Of a DNA stretch of 25,952 nucleotides, positions 17,625 through 25,952 are shown one piece after another. Source of the stretch: Capsulimonadales bacterium. Lineage in GTDB: Bacteria; Armatimonadota; Armatimonadia; Armatimonadales; Armatimonadaceae. Location of the stretch: contig JANRLW010000047.1 of assembly GCA_033762295.1 (NCBI GenBank), positions 1 to 25,952 of the forward strand. The letters are read 5' to 3'. Each line of letters begins with the position of its first letter. Positions within the stretch are counted from its first letter, which is position 1. Below the pieces are notes generated by a model. The model was not told where the DNA came from. It made no database searches and was given only the letters and a program-made list of their open reading frames with translations. Both the position numbers and the translations under genes were made by a program.

Positions 17625-19781
17625 ATGGCTCGAGAATTTAGCTTGGCGAATACTCGCAACATCGGAATCGCGGCGCACATCGACGCCGGGAAGACGACGA
17701 CCACGGAGCGTATCCTGCTCTACACCGGCGTCAACTACAAGATCGGCGAAGTTCATGAGGGCGCGGCCACCATGGACTGGATGGAACAGGAACGCGAGCG
17801 CGGTATCACCATCACTTCGGCGGCGACCACCTGTTTCTGGGGGCTGGACGGTTTCTCCGAACAGGAGGACAAGAAGAAGTTCCAGGACGGGGCGCGCAAG
17901 AACACGCACCGGATCAATATCATTGACACGCCCGGCCACGTCGACTTTACCGTCGAGGTCGAGCGGTCGATGCGCGTTCTCGACGGCGCGGTCGCGGTCT
18001 TCTGCGCGGTCGCGGGTGTTCAGCCGCAGTCGGAAACCGTCTGGCGGCAGGCGACCAAATATAAGGTTCCTCGCCTGATCTTCGTCAACAAGATGGACCG
18101 TATGGGCGCGGATTTCTTCTCGGTCGTCAAGCAGGTCCGGGATCGTCTGGGCGCGAACGCCGTTCCGCTGCAGATCCCGATCGGCGCGGAGTCCGACTTC
18201 AAGGGGATTGTCGATCTGATCACGATGAAGGCGTACCTGTTCGAGGACACCTTCGGCAAGAAGCCGACCGAGATCGACTGCCCGCCGGAACTGCTCGATC
18301 AGGCGACCGAGTGGCGCGAGAAGATGATCGAGGCGGTCGCCGACGTGGATATCCATCTCGCCGAAAAGTATCTGGAAGGCGAACCGATCTCGGTGGATGA
18401 GATCCGCGCGGCGATTCGCAAGGGGACGATCGACCGGTCTCTGTTCCCGATGATCTGCGGTTCGGCGTTCAAGAACAAGGGCGTCCAACCGATGCTCGAC
18501 GCGGTCCTGTACTTCCTGCCGTCGCCGATCGATATCGAAGCGATCGAGGGTACCAACCCGGACAACGGAGGCGAGGACCGACGGAAACCGGCGGATGATG
18601 AGCCGTTCTCCGCGCTGGCGTTCAAACTCATGAACGATCAGCACGGGAACCTGACCTTCTTCCGTGTCTATTCGGGCACCCTGCAGAAGGGCGGATTCGT
18701 CTACAACGCGGTCAAGGGCAAGCGCGAGCGTGTCGGACGTATCCTGCAGATGCACGCGAACAAGAAAGAGGATATCGACATCGTCTACGCCGGGGATATC
18801 GCGGCGGCGGTCGGTCTGACCGACACAACCACCGGGGATACCCTCTGCGACGAAAAGAGTCCGATCATTCTGGAATCGATGTCGTTCCCGGAACCGGTTA
18901 TCGAAATGAGCATCGAGCCGAAGACCAAGGCCGACCAGGACAAGATGGGCGTCGCCCTGTCCCGTCTGGCGGCGGAGGACCCGACGTTCAAGATGTACAC
19001 CGATCAGGAGACCGGTCAGACGATCATCCGCGGAATGGGCGAACTCCATCTGGAGATTATCGTCGACCGTATGAAGCGCGAGTTCAAGGTCGAGGCGAAC
19101 CAGGGTCAGCCGCAGGTGGCCTATCGCGAGACGATCAAGATTCCGGCGCGCGCCCAGGGGCTGTTCAAGAAGCAGACCGGTGGTCGTGGTAAGTTCGGAA
19201 ACTGCACGCTCGAGATCGAGCCGAACGACGTCGGCGGGGGCTACGAGTTCATCAATAAAGTCGTCGGCGGTGCGATTCCCAAGGAATACATCCCGGCGGT
19301 CGATAAGGGCGTTCAGGACGCGCTGCAGAGCGGCGTTCTGGCGGGCTTCCCGGTCGTGGATATCAAGGTCAGCTGCGTGGACGGTTCGTACCACGAAGTC
19401 GACTCGGACGAAATCTCGTTCCGTGAAGCGGGTCGTATGGCGTTCCGGGCGGCCTGTAACAAGGCGCAACCGATCATCAAGGAGCCGATCATGGCGGTGG
19501 AAGTGACCACTCCGGATCAGTACCTCGGCGATGTCATCGGCGACCTGAACCGCCGTCGCGGTCTGGTCGAGGGCCAGGAAACCGGCCCGGGCGGCGTCCG
19601 AATCATCAAGGCGCAGGTGCCGCTGGCCGAAATGTTCGGCTACGTGACCACGCTGCGGTCGATGACGCAGGGCCGCGCCTCGTCGACGATGGAACCGTCG
19701 CACTACGAAGAGGTTCCGCGCAACGTCGCCGAGGAGATCATGGCCAAGAACGCCGGCCGCCGCAAGCCGTCGGATGATTAA
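17625..19781 (+). CDS. fusA: Elongation factor G
   Basis: [70 protein letters not shown]. Confidence 0.99.
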   Translation: MAREFSLANTRNIGIAAHIDAGKTTTTERILLYTGVNYKIGEVHEGAATMDWMEQERERGITITSAATTCFWGLDGFSEQEDKKKFQDGARKNTHRINIIDTPGHVDFTVEVERSMRVLDGAVAVFCAVAGVQPQSETVWRQATKYKVPRLIFVNKMDRMGADFFSVVKQVRDRLGANAVPLQIPIGAESDFKGIVDLITMKAYLFEDTFGKKPTEIDCPPELLDQATEWREKMIEAVADVDIHLAEKYLEGEPISVDEIRAAIRKGTIDRSLFPMICGSAFKNKGVQPMLDAVLYFLPSPIDIEAIEGTNPDNGGEDRRKPADDEPFSALAFKLMNDQHGNLTFFRVYSGTLQKGGFVYNAVKGKRERVGRILQMHANKKEDIDIVYAGDIAAAVGLTDTTTGDTLCDEKSPIILESMSFPEPVIEMSIEPKTKADQDKMGVALSRLAAEDPTFKMYTDQETGQTIIRGMGELHLEIIVDRMKREFKVEANQGQPQVAYRETIKIPARAQGLFKKQTGGRGKFGNCTLEIEPNDVGGGYEFINKVVGGAIPKEYIPAVDKGVQDALQSGVLAGFPVVDIKVSCVDGSYHEVDSDEISFREAGRMAFRAACNKAQPIIKEPIMAVEVTTPDQYLGDVIGDLNRRRGLVEGQETGPGGVRIIKAQVPLAEMFGYVTTLRSMTQGRASSTMEPSHYEEVPRNVAEEIMAKNAGRRKPSDD

Positions 19782-19868
19782 GAGTTAAGAGGCCCCCTGG
19801 CCCCCGCAAGCGGGGGAACATAGAGGGTGAGGTTGTGCAGGCCGGGAGGAAGTGATTCCCCCCGGCCT
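19713..19868 (+). repeat. 156-bp direct repeat, left copy (fusA 3' end plus downstream hairpins)
   Basis: Matches 21067-21222 except C19757/T21111. Confidence 0.97.
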
Positions 19869-19875
19869 ATTTTTT
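19839..19875 (+). terminator. Intrinsic terminator of fusA
   Basis: AGGCCGGG ... CCCGGCCT stem followed by ATTTTTT. Confidence 0.8.
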
Positions 19876-20026
19876 CGCCTGGTAAAATGCTCTCAGGAAA
19901 AGACTGATACGGATGAGATAGAACGACAGGTAAAAAATCGCTGACCATTGCCAACAAATGGTTGCCTTTGCGAAACTAACAGAATATGGGTGATATAGAG
20001 CCAGCCACTAATTTGGAATAATAACA

Positions 20027-20220
20027 TTGCCAACCTTTTTTGCGTTCGACGGATTCAAGGAGAGGCTTGAGAAAAGCCAGGGATTGTGTTCGGATCGAGC
20101 GAAGCGTTGGTGTAAGCCTTCGAGTTCCTGCCCCAATTGGTACTGTGTCGTCAGCGTAGGTCCTTGAGCCAGCCTCCCGGATCGGGTATACCCGATCCGG
20201 TAACTGCAGCTGTAGTACTA
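20027..20220 (-). pseudogene. Probable IS701-family left end with frameshifted, truncated transposase N-terminus
   Basis: Minus strand: GQELEGLHQRFARSE (20133-20089), then in another frame LAFLKPLLESVERKKGWQ (20080-20027), resembling the IS701 N-terminal pattern as I recall it (RFARSE...YL.GLL..VERKNGWQL). TAGTACTACAGC at 20220 resembles IS701-type ends. Confidence 0.6.
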
Positions 20221-20317
20221 AGGGGAACCAGAGGGAGGATATGAGAACAGCCGGGAGGAAGCGATGTCTTCCGGCCGGTTTTTCTATTTTGGTGAGTATG
20301 CTACAATCGAACGGAGG

Positions 20318-20734
20318 ATGCCACGAAAAGACGCGATTCATGAGGCGGTATGTACAGCACTTGTCAAAGATGGCTGGCTGATAACCAACGATCCGTTTCG
20401 TATCGAATACGAAGACGTTGATATTTACGCCGATTTGCGAGTTGAGCGTGTGGAGAAATCATCCACTATCCGTCGCGCACTGGTTATTGAAATCAAGGGT
20501 TTTACCGGTCCATCTCCCGTTCATTTGCTGGCAAGCGCACTCGGACAATACGAGTTGTATAGGACCTACCTGGTGGCAAATGGTATGCAGGAAGGCTTGT
20601 ATCTGGCGATAAGCAAAGAAACCTACGATTCTCTGTTTTCTCGCCTATCGTTTCAAATCGTCGTGGAGCAGCGGCGTCTGGGGTTGCTGATAATCGATAT
20701 TGAAGCGGAGGAGGTTGTCAGATGGATAAATTAG
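20318..20734 (+). CDS. xisH: XisH family protein (PD-(D/E)XK nuclease-like, fdxN element excision factor family)
   Basis: MPRKDAIHEAVCTALVKDGWLITNDP, YADL, IEIKGF, ALGQYELY, LYLAI, EEVVRWI. Confidence 0.93.
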   Translation: MPRKDAIHEAVCTALVKDGWLITNDPFRIEYEDVDIYADLRVERVEKSSTIRRALVIEIKGFTGPSPVHLLASALGQYELYRTYLVANGMQEGLYLAISKETYDSLFSRLSFQIVVEQRRLGLLIIDIEAEEVVRWIN

Positions 20735-21063
20735 CGTTTTATCGGCAGACATTGAAGAATACCATTCAGGCGCAAGCCGATCTGATGAACAGTCAACCGG
20801 TCTCCGGTGAGGAAGTGGATTGCGTCTTCGACGAGCAGCGGGATCATTATTTGCTGTTGAAGTATGGCTGGCCCCGTGGAAAACATATACATTACACCAA
20901 ACTTCATGCCCGTATCCATGAGGGCAAGATATGGATTGAGGAAGACGCCACGGAAGAAGGACTTGCCAATGAACTGGTAGCGGCAGGGATTCCGAAAGAC
21001 GATATAGTTCTCGGCTTCAATCCGCCCCTGATGCGGCAGCATACCGACTTCGCCATTGTCTGA
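20722..21063 (+). CDS. xisI: XisI family protein
   Basis: MDKLAFYR, FDEQRDHYLL, GW, GKIWIEEDATEEGLANELVAAGIPKDDIVLGFNPP..RQHTDFA; 13-nt overlap with xisH. Confidence 0.95.
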   Translation: MDKLAFYRQTLKNTIQAQADLMNSQPVSGEEVDCVFDEQRDHYLLLKYGWPRGKHIHYTKLHARIHEGKIWIEEDATEEGLANELVAAGIPKDDIVLGFNPPLMRQHTDFAIV

Positions 21064-21066
21064 AAC

Positions 21067-21222
21067 GTTCCGCGCAACGTCGCCGAGGAGATCATGGCCA
21101 AGAACGCCGGTCGCCGCAAGCCGTCGGATGATTAAGAGTTAAGAGGCCCCCTGGCCCCCGCAAGCGGGGGAACATAGAGGGTGAGGTTGTGCAGGCCGGG
21201 AGGAAGTGATTCCCCCCGGCCT
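21067..21222 (+). repeat. 156-bp direct repeat, right copy (orphan fusA 3' fragment [22 protein letters not shown] plus hairpins)
   Basis: Starts after a 3-nt gap (AAC) following the xisI stop; matches 19713-19868 with one synonymous mismatch. Confidence 0.97.
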
Positions 21223-21297
21223 GTTTTGTTTTCCGCGATAAAATGGAAACGATAGCGGGCAGGGATAGACCGGACCACTCCTCCTCCAACGGAGGGG

Positions 21298-22728
21298 TCA
21301 ACGGGTGACCGAGAGTACCCAGTCGCCGATGGTTTGCAGGGCAACCGGTGAGATCGTCTCCTCGATCGTCCCGTATTCCGAAAGCGAACCGGTCTTCGTC
21401 GGCTGAAACAGGTGGTTCAACCCCGGCAGTTCCCTGGTGGTCAGACGGGTATTACCGCTCTCCCGGAACGCCTTTTCGATCTCGGGCAGGTTCCGGGCAG
21501 CCGATACCTGCAAATCCTTCTGTCCGTTAATCGCCAGCGTCGGGCAGGTCACCTTTCGAAGCGAGGGGCGGGGATCGTAGGACAGGAAAAACCGGAACCA
21601 GGGTGAGGTCAGGGCATCGACCGATTGCAGGATGGCTTCCTTCCGGCCCGCCGCCGCCTGTCGCTCCGCCTCCGGCAGTTTGCCGAACTCCTCGTCCAGA
21701 AGGACGGCCAGTTTTGTCCGGAGGGTGGCGGTATCGGACCCCGCTTTGACCAGCGAGTAGATCGCCGAATTAATGCGCCGGTTCGATGCGAGAACGGTTT
21801 CGGACACACCGGCGGTGGTGGCGATACGGGCGGCCTGATCGAGCAGAATCTCCTCGCCGGGAACGCCGGGTCCGGCCATCAGTACCAGAAAGGCGATCTC
21901 TTTCGCGTCCGCCGCGATCATCGGCGCGATCAGCGCACCCTCGCTGTGACCGATCAGGCCGATCTTCGCCGGGTCGATCTCCTTCCGGGATTTCAGAAAG
22001 GCGATGCCGCCCCGCACATCCTCGGCAAAATCGACGGAGGTGGCGGTCGCAAAGTTGCCGGTCGACCGGCCGATGCCCCGGTCGTCCGATCGCAGGACCG
22101 CAATGCCGCGCCGGGTCAGATAGTCTGCCAGAACCAGGAACGGCTTGTGTCCCAGAATCTCCTCGTCCCGGTTCTGCGCTCCCGACCCGGTGATCAGCAG
22201 AACGACCGGGAACGGACCGGCGCCCGGCGGCAGCGTCAGCGTCCCGGCGATCGTCACTCCCGATTGGCGGCTCGGATACGAAACGTCCTCGGAAACGTAC
22301 GGGAACGGCGGTTTCGGCTCCTGCGGTCGACGCAGGACCGGCGCTTTGTCGGTGCGGGTGAGAATCAGCGGAAGGGTGGTCGGACCCTGGGTCCAGTTTC
22401 CGGTGAGCGTTTGGCCGTCCTTGCTCCATTGACCCTCGAATGCGCCCCCGATGGAGGCGACCTCGATGCGGAGCTTGCCGCCGCCGAAGGTCACCTTGCT
22501 GCACGGAAGGGTCTGTCCGCCCTGGTCGAGGCTCTTCATCGTGGCGGAATAACTGGCGTCCTTCGCCTTCACCTCGAAAACGAGCCGGAGTTTGATCGTG
22601 CCCACGTCGAGCGCTCCGGTCCAGATGCCGACCGGGTCCGGGGTTTTCGGTTGCGCCCCGGCAACCGACGCCGACAGGCCAAGAAAGAGGGCAGGCAGCA
22701 GGGTGATCAGGTATCGTCGCAGGTTCAC
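21298..22728 (-). CDS. Secreted alpha/beta-hydrolase (peptidase S9/S15-like) with N-terminal beta domain
   Basis: Signal peptide; RRPQEPKPPFPY, ITGSGAQNRDE, DDRGIG, GHSEG nucleophile, DLQV, LNHLFQ. Confidence 0.92.
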   Translation of the reverse strand: MNLRRYLITLLPALFLGLSASVAGAQPKTPDPVGIWTGALDVGTIKLRLVFEVKAKDASYSATMKSLDQGGQTLPCSKVTFGGGKLRIEVASIGGAFEGQWSKDGQTLTGNWTQGPTTLPLILTRTDKAPVLRRPQEPKPPFPYVSEDVSYPSRQSGVTIAGTLTLPPGAGPFPVVLLITGSGAQNRDEEILGHKPFLVLADYLTRRGIAVLRSDDRGIGRSTGNFATATSVDFAEDVRGGIAFLKSRKEIDPAKIGLIGHSEGALIAPMIAADAKEIAFLVLMAGPGVPGEEILLDQAARIATTAGVSETVLASNRRINSAIYSLVKAGSDTATLRTKLAVLLDEEFGKLPEAERQAAAGRKEAILQSVDALTSPWFRFFLSYDPRPSLRKVTCPTLAINGQKDLQVSAARNLPEIEKAFRESGNTRLTTRELPGLNHLFQPTKTGSLSEYGTIEETISPVALQTIGDWVLSVTR

Positions 22729-22742
22729 GGTGTTTTCCTCGC

Positions 22743-23195
22743 TCAGGGAGATTCCAACGGAGGGACACGCGACGGCTCGTTCGGTTGCGGGCGCGAAAGC
22801 AGCGAATCCCCGGCAAGGCTGATCAGGATGCCGACCGTGTAGCAGACGATATCACTCCCGAGGAAGCCGAAGCCGAGGATCAGCCCGCCGAGCGTCGTCC
22901 GGCGGATCGCCTCGATCCAGGGGGCATGATAAAGCTGGCTGATCTCGATCGTGCAGGAAAACGCCCAGGCGATGATCGCCCGTCGAACCGGAGGCGCGTC
23001 CGGCGACCACAGGCCGACGACCAGGTAGACCAGCAGCGCCCAGAGCGTGTCGCCGGAATAGGCGGCGATAAAGGGGGGGAGGACGGAACCGAACCGGCGC
23101 GAGGCCAGACCGAGCGACAGGACGCCGACCGCGGCGAGAACGTAACCCGCGCGACGCGGTAACCGCCCGCCTTCGTCGCTCCTTTTGTGCGCCAT
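22743..23195 (-). CDS. DUF2809 family membrane protein
   Basis: LGLASR, YSGDTLWA, IEISQLYHAPWIEAIRRTTLGGLILGFGF..SDIVCY. Confidence 0.88.
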   Translation of the reverse strand: MAHKRSDEGGRLPRRAGYVLAAVGVLSLGLASRRFGSVLPPFIAAYSGDTLWALLVYLVVGLWSPDAPPVRRAIIAWAFSCTIEISQLYHAPWIEAIRRTTLGGLILGFGFLGSDIVCYTVGILISLAGDSLLSRPQPNEPSRVPPLESP

Positions 23196-23290
23196 AGCAC
23201 GGTGTTCCCGGCAACCCGATTGAAATCCTTCGTTCCGGGGACGATTTTCGAACGAATCCGGCTTATTGGAAAAGGGAAAGGACGTGGTGC

Positions 23291-24205
23291 ATGAAAGGTC
23301 TCGTTCTGGATATACAGCGGTTTTCCCTGGACGCCGGGCCGGGGATACGGACGACCGTTCTGCTCAAGGGATGCCCCCTGCGCTGTGTGTGGTGCCATAG
23401 CCCGGAATCGCAGAAACGGGTGATCGAACTGGCGATCTGTTACGAACGATGCGCCGATTGCGCCTACTGTGGCGGATCGGATTGCCCGGCGGGCGTTCGC
23501 TATGCCGAGGTAAACCCGGAACCGTACCTGGAGCGGAACACCGGAAACCACCCCTGCCGGAACGGTCTGCCCGAGGCGTGCCCTGAGGAAGCCGTGGAGC
23601 GGATGGGAGAATGGCGGACGTCCGAGGAGGTGCTGGAAGTGGTCGAGAAGGATCGCTGCTTCCATGATCGTTCCGGGGGCGGAATGACGGTTTCCGGGGG
23701 AGAACCGATGGCGCAGTTCGCCTTTACCGAGGCTCTGCTGCGCGGGGCGAAGCGGCGCGGCATCCCGACCTGCCTGGATACCTCGGGGTATGCTCCGACA
23801 CCACGGTTCGAGGCGTTGCTGCCGCTGGTCGATCTGTTTCTTTTCGACATCAAGGCGACGGACCCGGAGGAGCATCGCCGTCGGACCGGAGTCACGAACG
23901 AACTTATCCTCGCCAATCTGGAGTTTCTCCACGATCGCGGAGCGAACCTGATCCTGCGTCTGCCGCTGGTGCCGGGGATGAATGACACCTCCGATCATCT
24001 GCGCGGTATCGCGGACCTCGTCGAGCGGTATCCCCGGATGGCGGGCGTCGAAATCCTGCCCTATCGGGGGATGGGGCGGGACAAGGCGGTACGGATCGGG
24101 CGGGAGGCCGACCTGCTGGCGCAATCGGATGCGACCGAGGAGAACGGAACGCGGTGGCTGGAATCCCTGCGCGCGCTGGGCTGCGTCCGGGCGACGATCA
24201 AATAG
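23291..24205 (+). CDS. Glycyl-radical enzyme activating protein (radical SAM)
   Basis: IQRFSLDAGPGIRTTVLLKGCPLRCVWCHSPES (CxxxCxxC), ferredoxin-like insert, GGMTVSGGEP, DTSG, LFDIK, RLPLVPGMND. Confidence 0.93.
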   Translation: MKGLVLDIQRFSLDAGPGIRTTVLLKGCPLRCVWCHSPESQKRVIELAICYERCADCAYCGGSDCPAGVRYAEVNPEPYLERNTGNHPCRNGLPEACPEEAVERMGEWRTSEEVLEVVEKDRCFHDRSGGGMTVSGGEPMAQFAFTEALLRGAKRRGIPTCLDTSGYAPTPRFEALLPLVDLFLFDIKATDPEEHRRRTGVTNELILANLEFLHDRGANLILRLPLVPGMNDTSDHLRGIADLVERYPRMAGVEILPYRGMGRDKAVRIGREADLLAQSDATEENGTRWLESLRALGCVRATIK

Positions 24206-24245
24206 GGTATCCTGACCCCGAACACTGAGGAATCGGGGGCGAATC

Positions 24246-25472
24246 ATGCGTCGCATCATTACGATGGAAGGGCACCTGCTCGATACCGGCCTGATGAACG
24301 ATCTCCTGGATCGCGTGACCGAGGGCGGAGGGACGTTCACCGTGCTGCGTTTCGACGCGGGACGGACGCGAGAGGAACGCTCCTCCGCCGATGTGGAGGT
24401 CGCCGCTCCGGACGAAGCGACCCTGAATGCGATTCTCGAAACCCTGATCGGGATGGGGGCGCGGGTGCCCGAAGCGGAGTCGAAGAACGCCCGCCTGGTG
24501 CCGGTGACGCAGGAAGGCGTCGCTCCGGAGGACTTTTATTCCACGACGATCTATCGGACCGAGGTGCGGCTCGCCGACCGCTGGACGTCCGTCTCCGATC
24601 AGCGGATGGATGTGGTGATCGTCGCCGACGCGGAGGCCGGAACCGCTCGTTGCGGTCTGATCCGTGACCTGAAGATCGGCGATACCATCGTGTGCGGCGT
24701 CGACGGTATCCGGACGTTCCCGCCGGAGCGGAGCACGGAGCGGACCACGGACGAGTTTGCCTTTATGGCGTCCTCGGTGTCCTCGGAACGGCGGGTGGAA
24801 CTGGCCGTCGAAGAGATCGCCCGTGACCTGCGCCGGATTCGAGACACGGGCGGAAAGACCGTGGTGGTCCCCGGACCGGTCGTCGTCCATACGGGCGGCG
24901 CACCCTACCTGGCGGCCCTGATCCGGGAAGGGTTTGTCCATGCGCTGCTCGGTGGCAACGCCATCGCGACCCACGACATGGAACTGGCCCTGTTCGGCAC
25001 GTCCCTCGGCGTCCATATGGAGCGGGGCAATCCCGTACATGAGGGACACAAACACCATTTGAAGACGATCAACCTGGTCCGGGGGTACGGTTCGATCCGG
25101 GCGGCGGTCGAGGCGGGAGCGATATCGGGCGGCGTCATGTTCGAATGCGTACGCCGTCCCGTTCCGTATGTTCTGGCCGGTTCGATCCGCGATGACGGCC
25201 CGCTGCCGGACACGCTGATGGACCTGGTCGCCGCGCAGGCAGCGTATCAGGAGGCGTTGCGCGGCGCGGAACTCGTGCTGATGCTCTCGACCATGCTGCA
25301 TGCGATCGGGGTCGGCAACATGACCCCGGCCGGGGTGAAACTCGTCTGCGTCGATATCAATCCGGCCGTGGTCACCAAGCTGGCCGATCGCGGCAGCATC
25401 GAGTCGGTGGGGATCGTCACGGATGTCGGTCTGTTCCTGCGCCTGCTGGCCGAGCGACTGGAACTGGTGTAA
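24246..25472 (+). CDS. TIGR00300 family protein (LOR/SDH-like; ornithine cyclodeaminase-type, like the C-terminal part of ArgZ/AgrE)
   Basis: EGHLLD, GVAPEDFYSTT, FAFMASSVSSER, GPVVVHTG, GNAIATHD, LAGSIRDDGPLP, CVDINPAVVTKLADRGS. Confidence 0.92.
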   Translation: MRRIITMEGHLLDTGLMNDLLDRVTEGGGTFTVLRFDAGRTREERSSADVEVAAPDEATLNAILETLIGMGARVPEAESKNARLVPVTQEGVAPEDFYSTTIYRTEVRLADRWTSVSDQRMDVVIVADAEAGTARCGLIRDLKIGDTIVCGVDGIRTFPPERSTERTTDEFAFMASSVSSERRVELAVEEIARDLRRIRDTGGKTVVVPGPVVVHTGGAPYLAALIREGFVHALLGGNAIATHDMELALFGTSLGVHMERGNPVHEGHKHHLKTINLVRGYGSIRAAVEAGAISGGVMFECVRRPVPYVLAGSIRDDGPLPDTLMDLVAAQAAYQEALRGAELVLMLSTMLHAIGVGNMTPAGVKLVCVDINPAVVTKLADRGSIESVGIVTDVGLFLRLLAERLELV

Positions 25473-25595
25473 TCAATGTCCGTGGCACTTAACTTGCAGT
25501 AGGGAGGGTACGGCTTTGTCCGAACATTAACGCGAAAAATACGGTTTCTGAGTCCTTCCCGGAGGTATCGGAAGCGACCGATTCGGAAAGACACC

Positions 25596-25952
25596 ATGAA
25601 AAAGTTTTTGGTCGCCCTGCTGACGCTGGTCTGCGCCGCTTCCCTGGTCGGAAATTATCTGTTGTTCCAGCGGTACTCCTCGCAGCGTCCGCTGATGGCG
25701 ATCGGATCGAAGACGATCACGATCCGGGAGTATCAGGATGCTCTGGACTCCCGCTACGGCAAGGAAGTCCTCAATGAGATGGCGTTCCGCGAACTGATCC
25801 GGCAGGCCGCGACCGGCGCGAAGGTCGCCGCAACCGAGACGGAGGTCCGAAACCGGATCGCGGCGATTGAACGACGCGATCCGAAGGCCGTCGAAGCGGC
25901 GCGAAACAGCCCGGAGAGGATGAAGGAACTGGAGGCGCAGGTCGCCGCCAAT
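25596..25952 (+). CDS. SurA/PrsA-like foldase N-terminal region (partial, runs off the window)
   Basis: Not in the ORF track; hand translation MKKFLVALLTLVCAASLVGNYLLF...IGSKTITIREYQDALDSRYGKEVLNEMAFRELIRQAA...TETEV. Confidence 0.65.
   Translation, partial: MKKFLVALLTLVCAASLVGNYLLFQRYSSQRPLMAIGSKTITIREYQDALDSRYGKEVLNEMAFRELIRQAATGAKVAATETEVRNRIAAIERRDPKAVEAARNSPERMKELEAQVAAN

Larger units (their letters stand above)
19713..21222. mobile_element. Direct-repeat-flanked xisHI islet at the 3' end of fusA (no recombinase)
   Basis: Long terminal direct repeats 1354 bp apart, visibly more AT-rich interior, xisH/xisI cargo, IS remnant. Confidence 0.7.

Noticed and set aside
1744..19703. Very long antisense ORFs (1744-3714, 3464-5620, 5340-6725, 11286-12611, 12598-14067, 14057-15733, 17178-19703; also 22880-24340)
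   Set aside because: They shadow well-supported genes on the opposite strand, have no recognisable motifs, and are expected from high GC3 codon bias.
19976..20341. 121-aa minus-strand ORF in the islet as a real gene
   Set aside because: It runs through the xisH start, a terminator-like hairpin and the IS end; only a short block looks like transposase, so it is better explained as a remnant.
19713..21222. CRISPR array or integron interpretation of the repeats
   Set aside because: Repeats are too long and too few, spacing is irregular, and no cas genes, integron integrase or recognisable attC structure were seen.
21285..22764. 12-bp TCCAACGGAGGG at both ends of the alpha/beta-hydrolase gene (21285-21296, 22753-22764)
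   Set aside because: Some 12-mer matches are expected by chance in 26 kb of GC-rich DNA; one copy is inside the DUF2809 CDS and there is no other sign of mobility.
14446..24205. Genome-wide TAG recoding
   Set aside because: TAG ends the activase at a normal length (24205) and the repeat lipoprotein (14448), and no conserved gene here contains an internal TAG.

Overview
GC-rich bacterial chromosomal window; gene content is reminiscent of Armatimonadota, but that is an unverified inference. It is mostly metabolic and signalling genes: a PIG-L deacetylase (partial), two lipoproteins, a NarL-type response regulator with a hybrid PAS histidine kinase, a PhyH dioxygenase, a Tat-exported GH78-like enzyme, kynU-kynB, a GxGYxYP protein, an S41-like peptidase, a UxaB-like dehydrogenase, a stand-alone fusA, an alpha/beta hydrolase, DUF2809, a glycyl-radical activase, a TIGR00300 protein and a partial SurA/PrsA-like foldase. 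Two more AT-rich accessory patches flank fusA. Downstream, a 156-bp direct repeat (last 22 codons of fusA, stop and two hairpins; 19713-19868 and 21067-21222, one mismatch) brackets a recombinase-free ~1.2-kb islet with intact xisH-xisI, a probable IS701 left-end remnant and a third, decayed copy of the repeat's hairpin part. Upstream, a small secreted Cys-rich ORF is interrupted by one in-frame TAG, continues for 53 more codons with 5 more Cys, and overlaps the start of a pilin-like membrane protein gene. All product calls come from motif recognition by eye; no searches were run.
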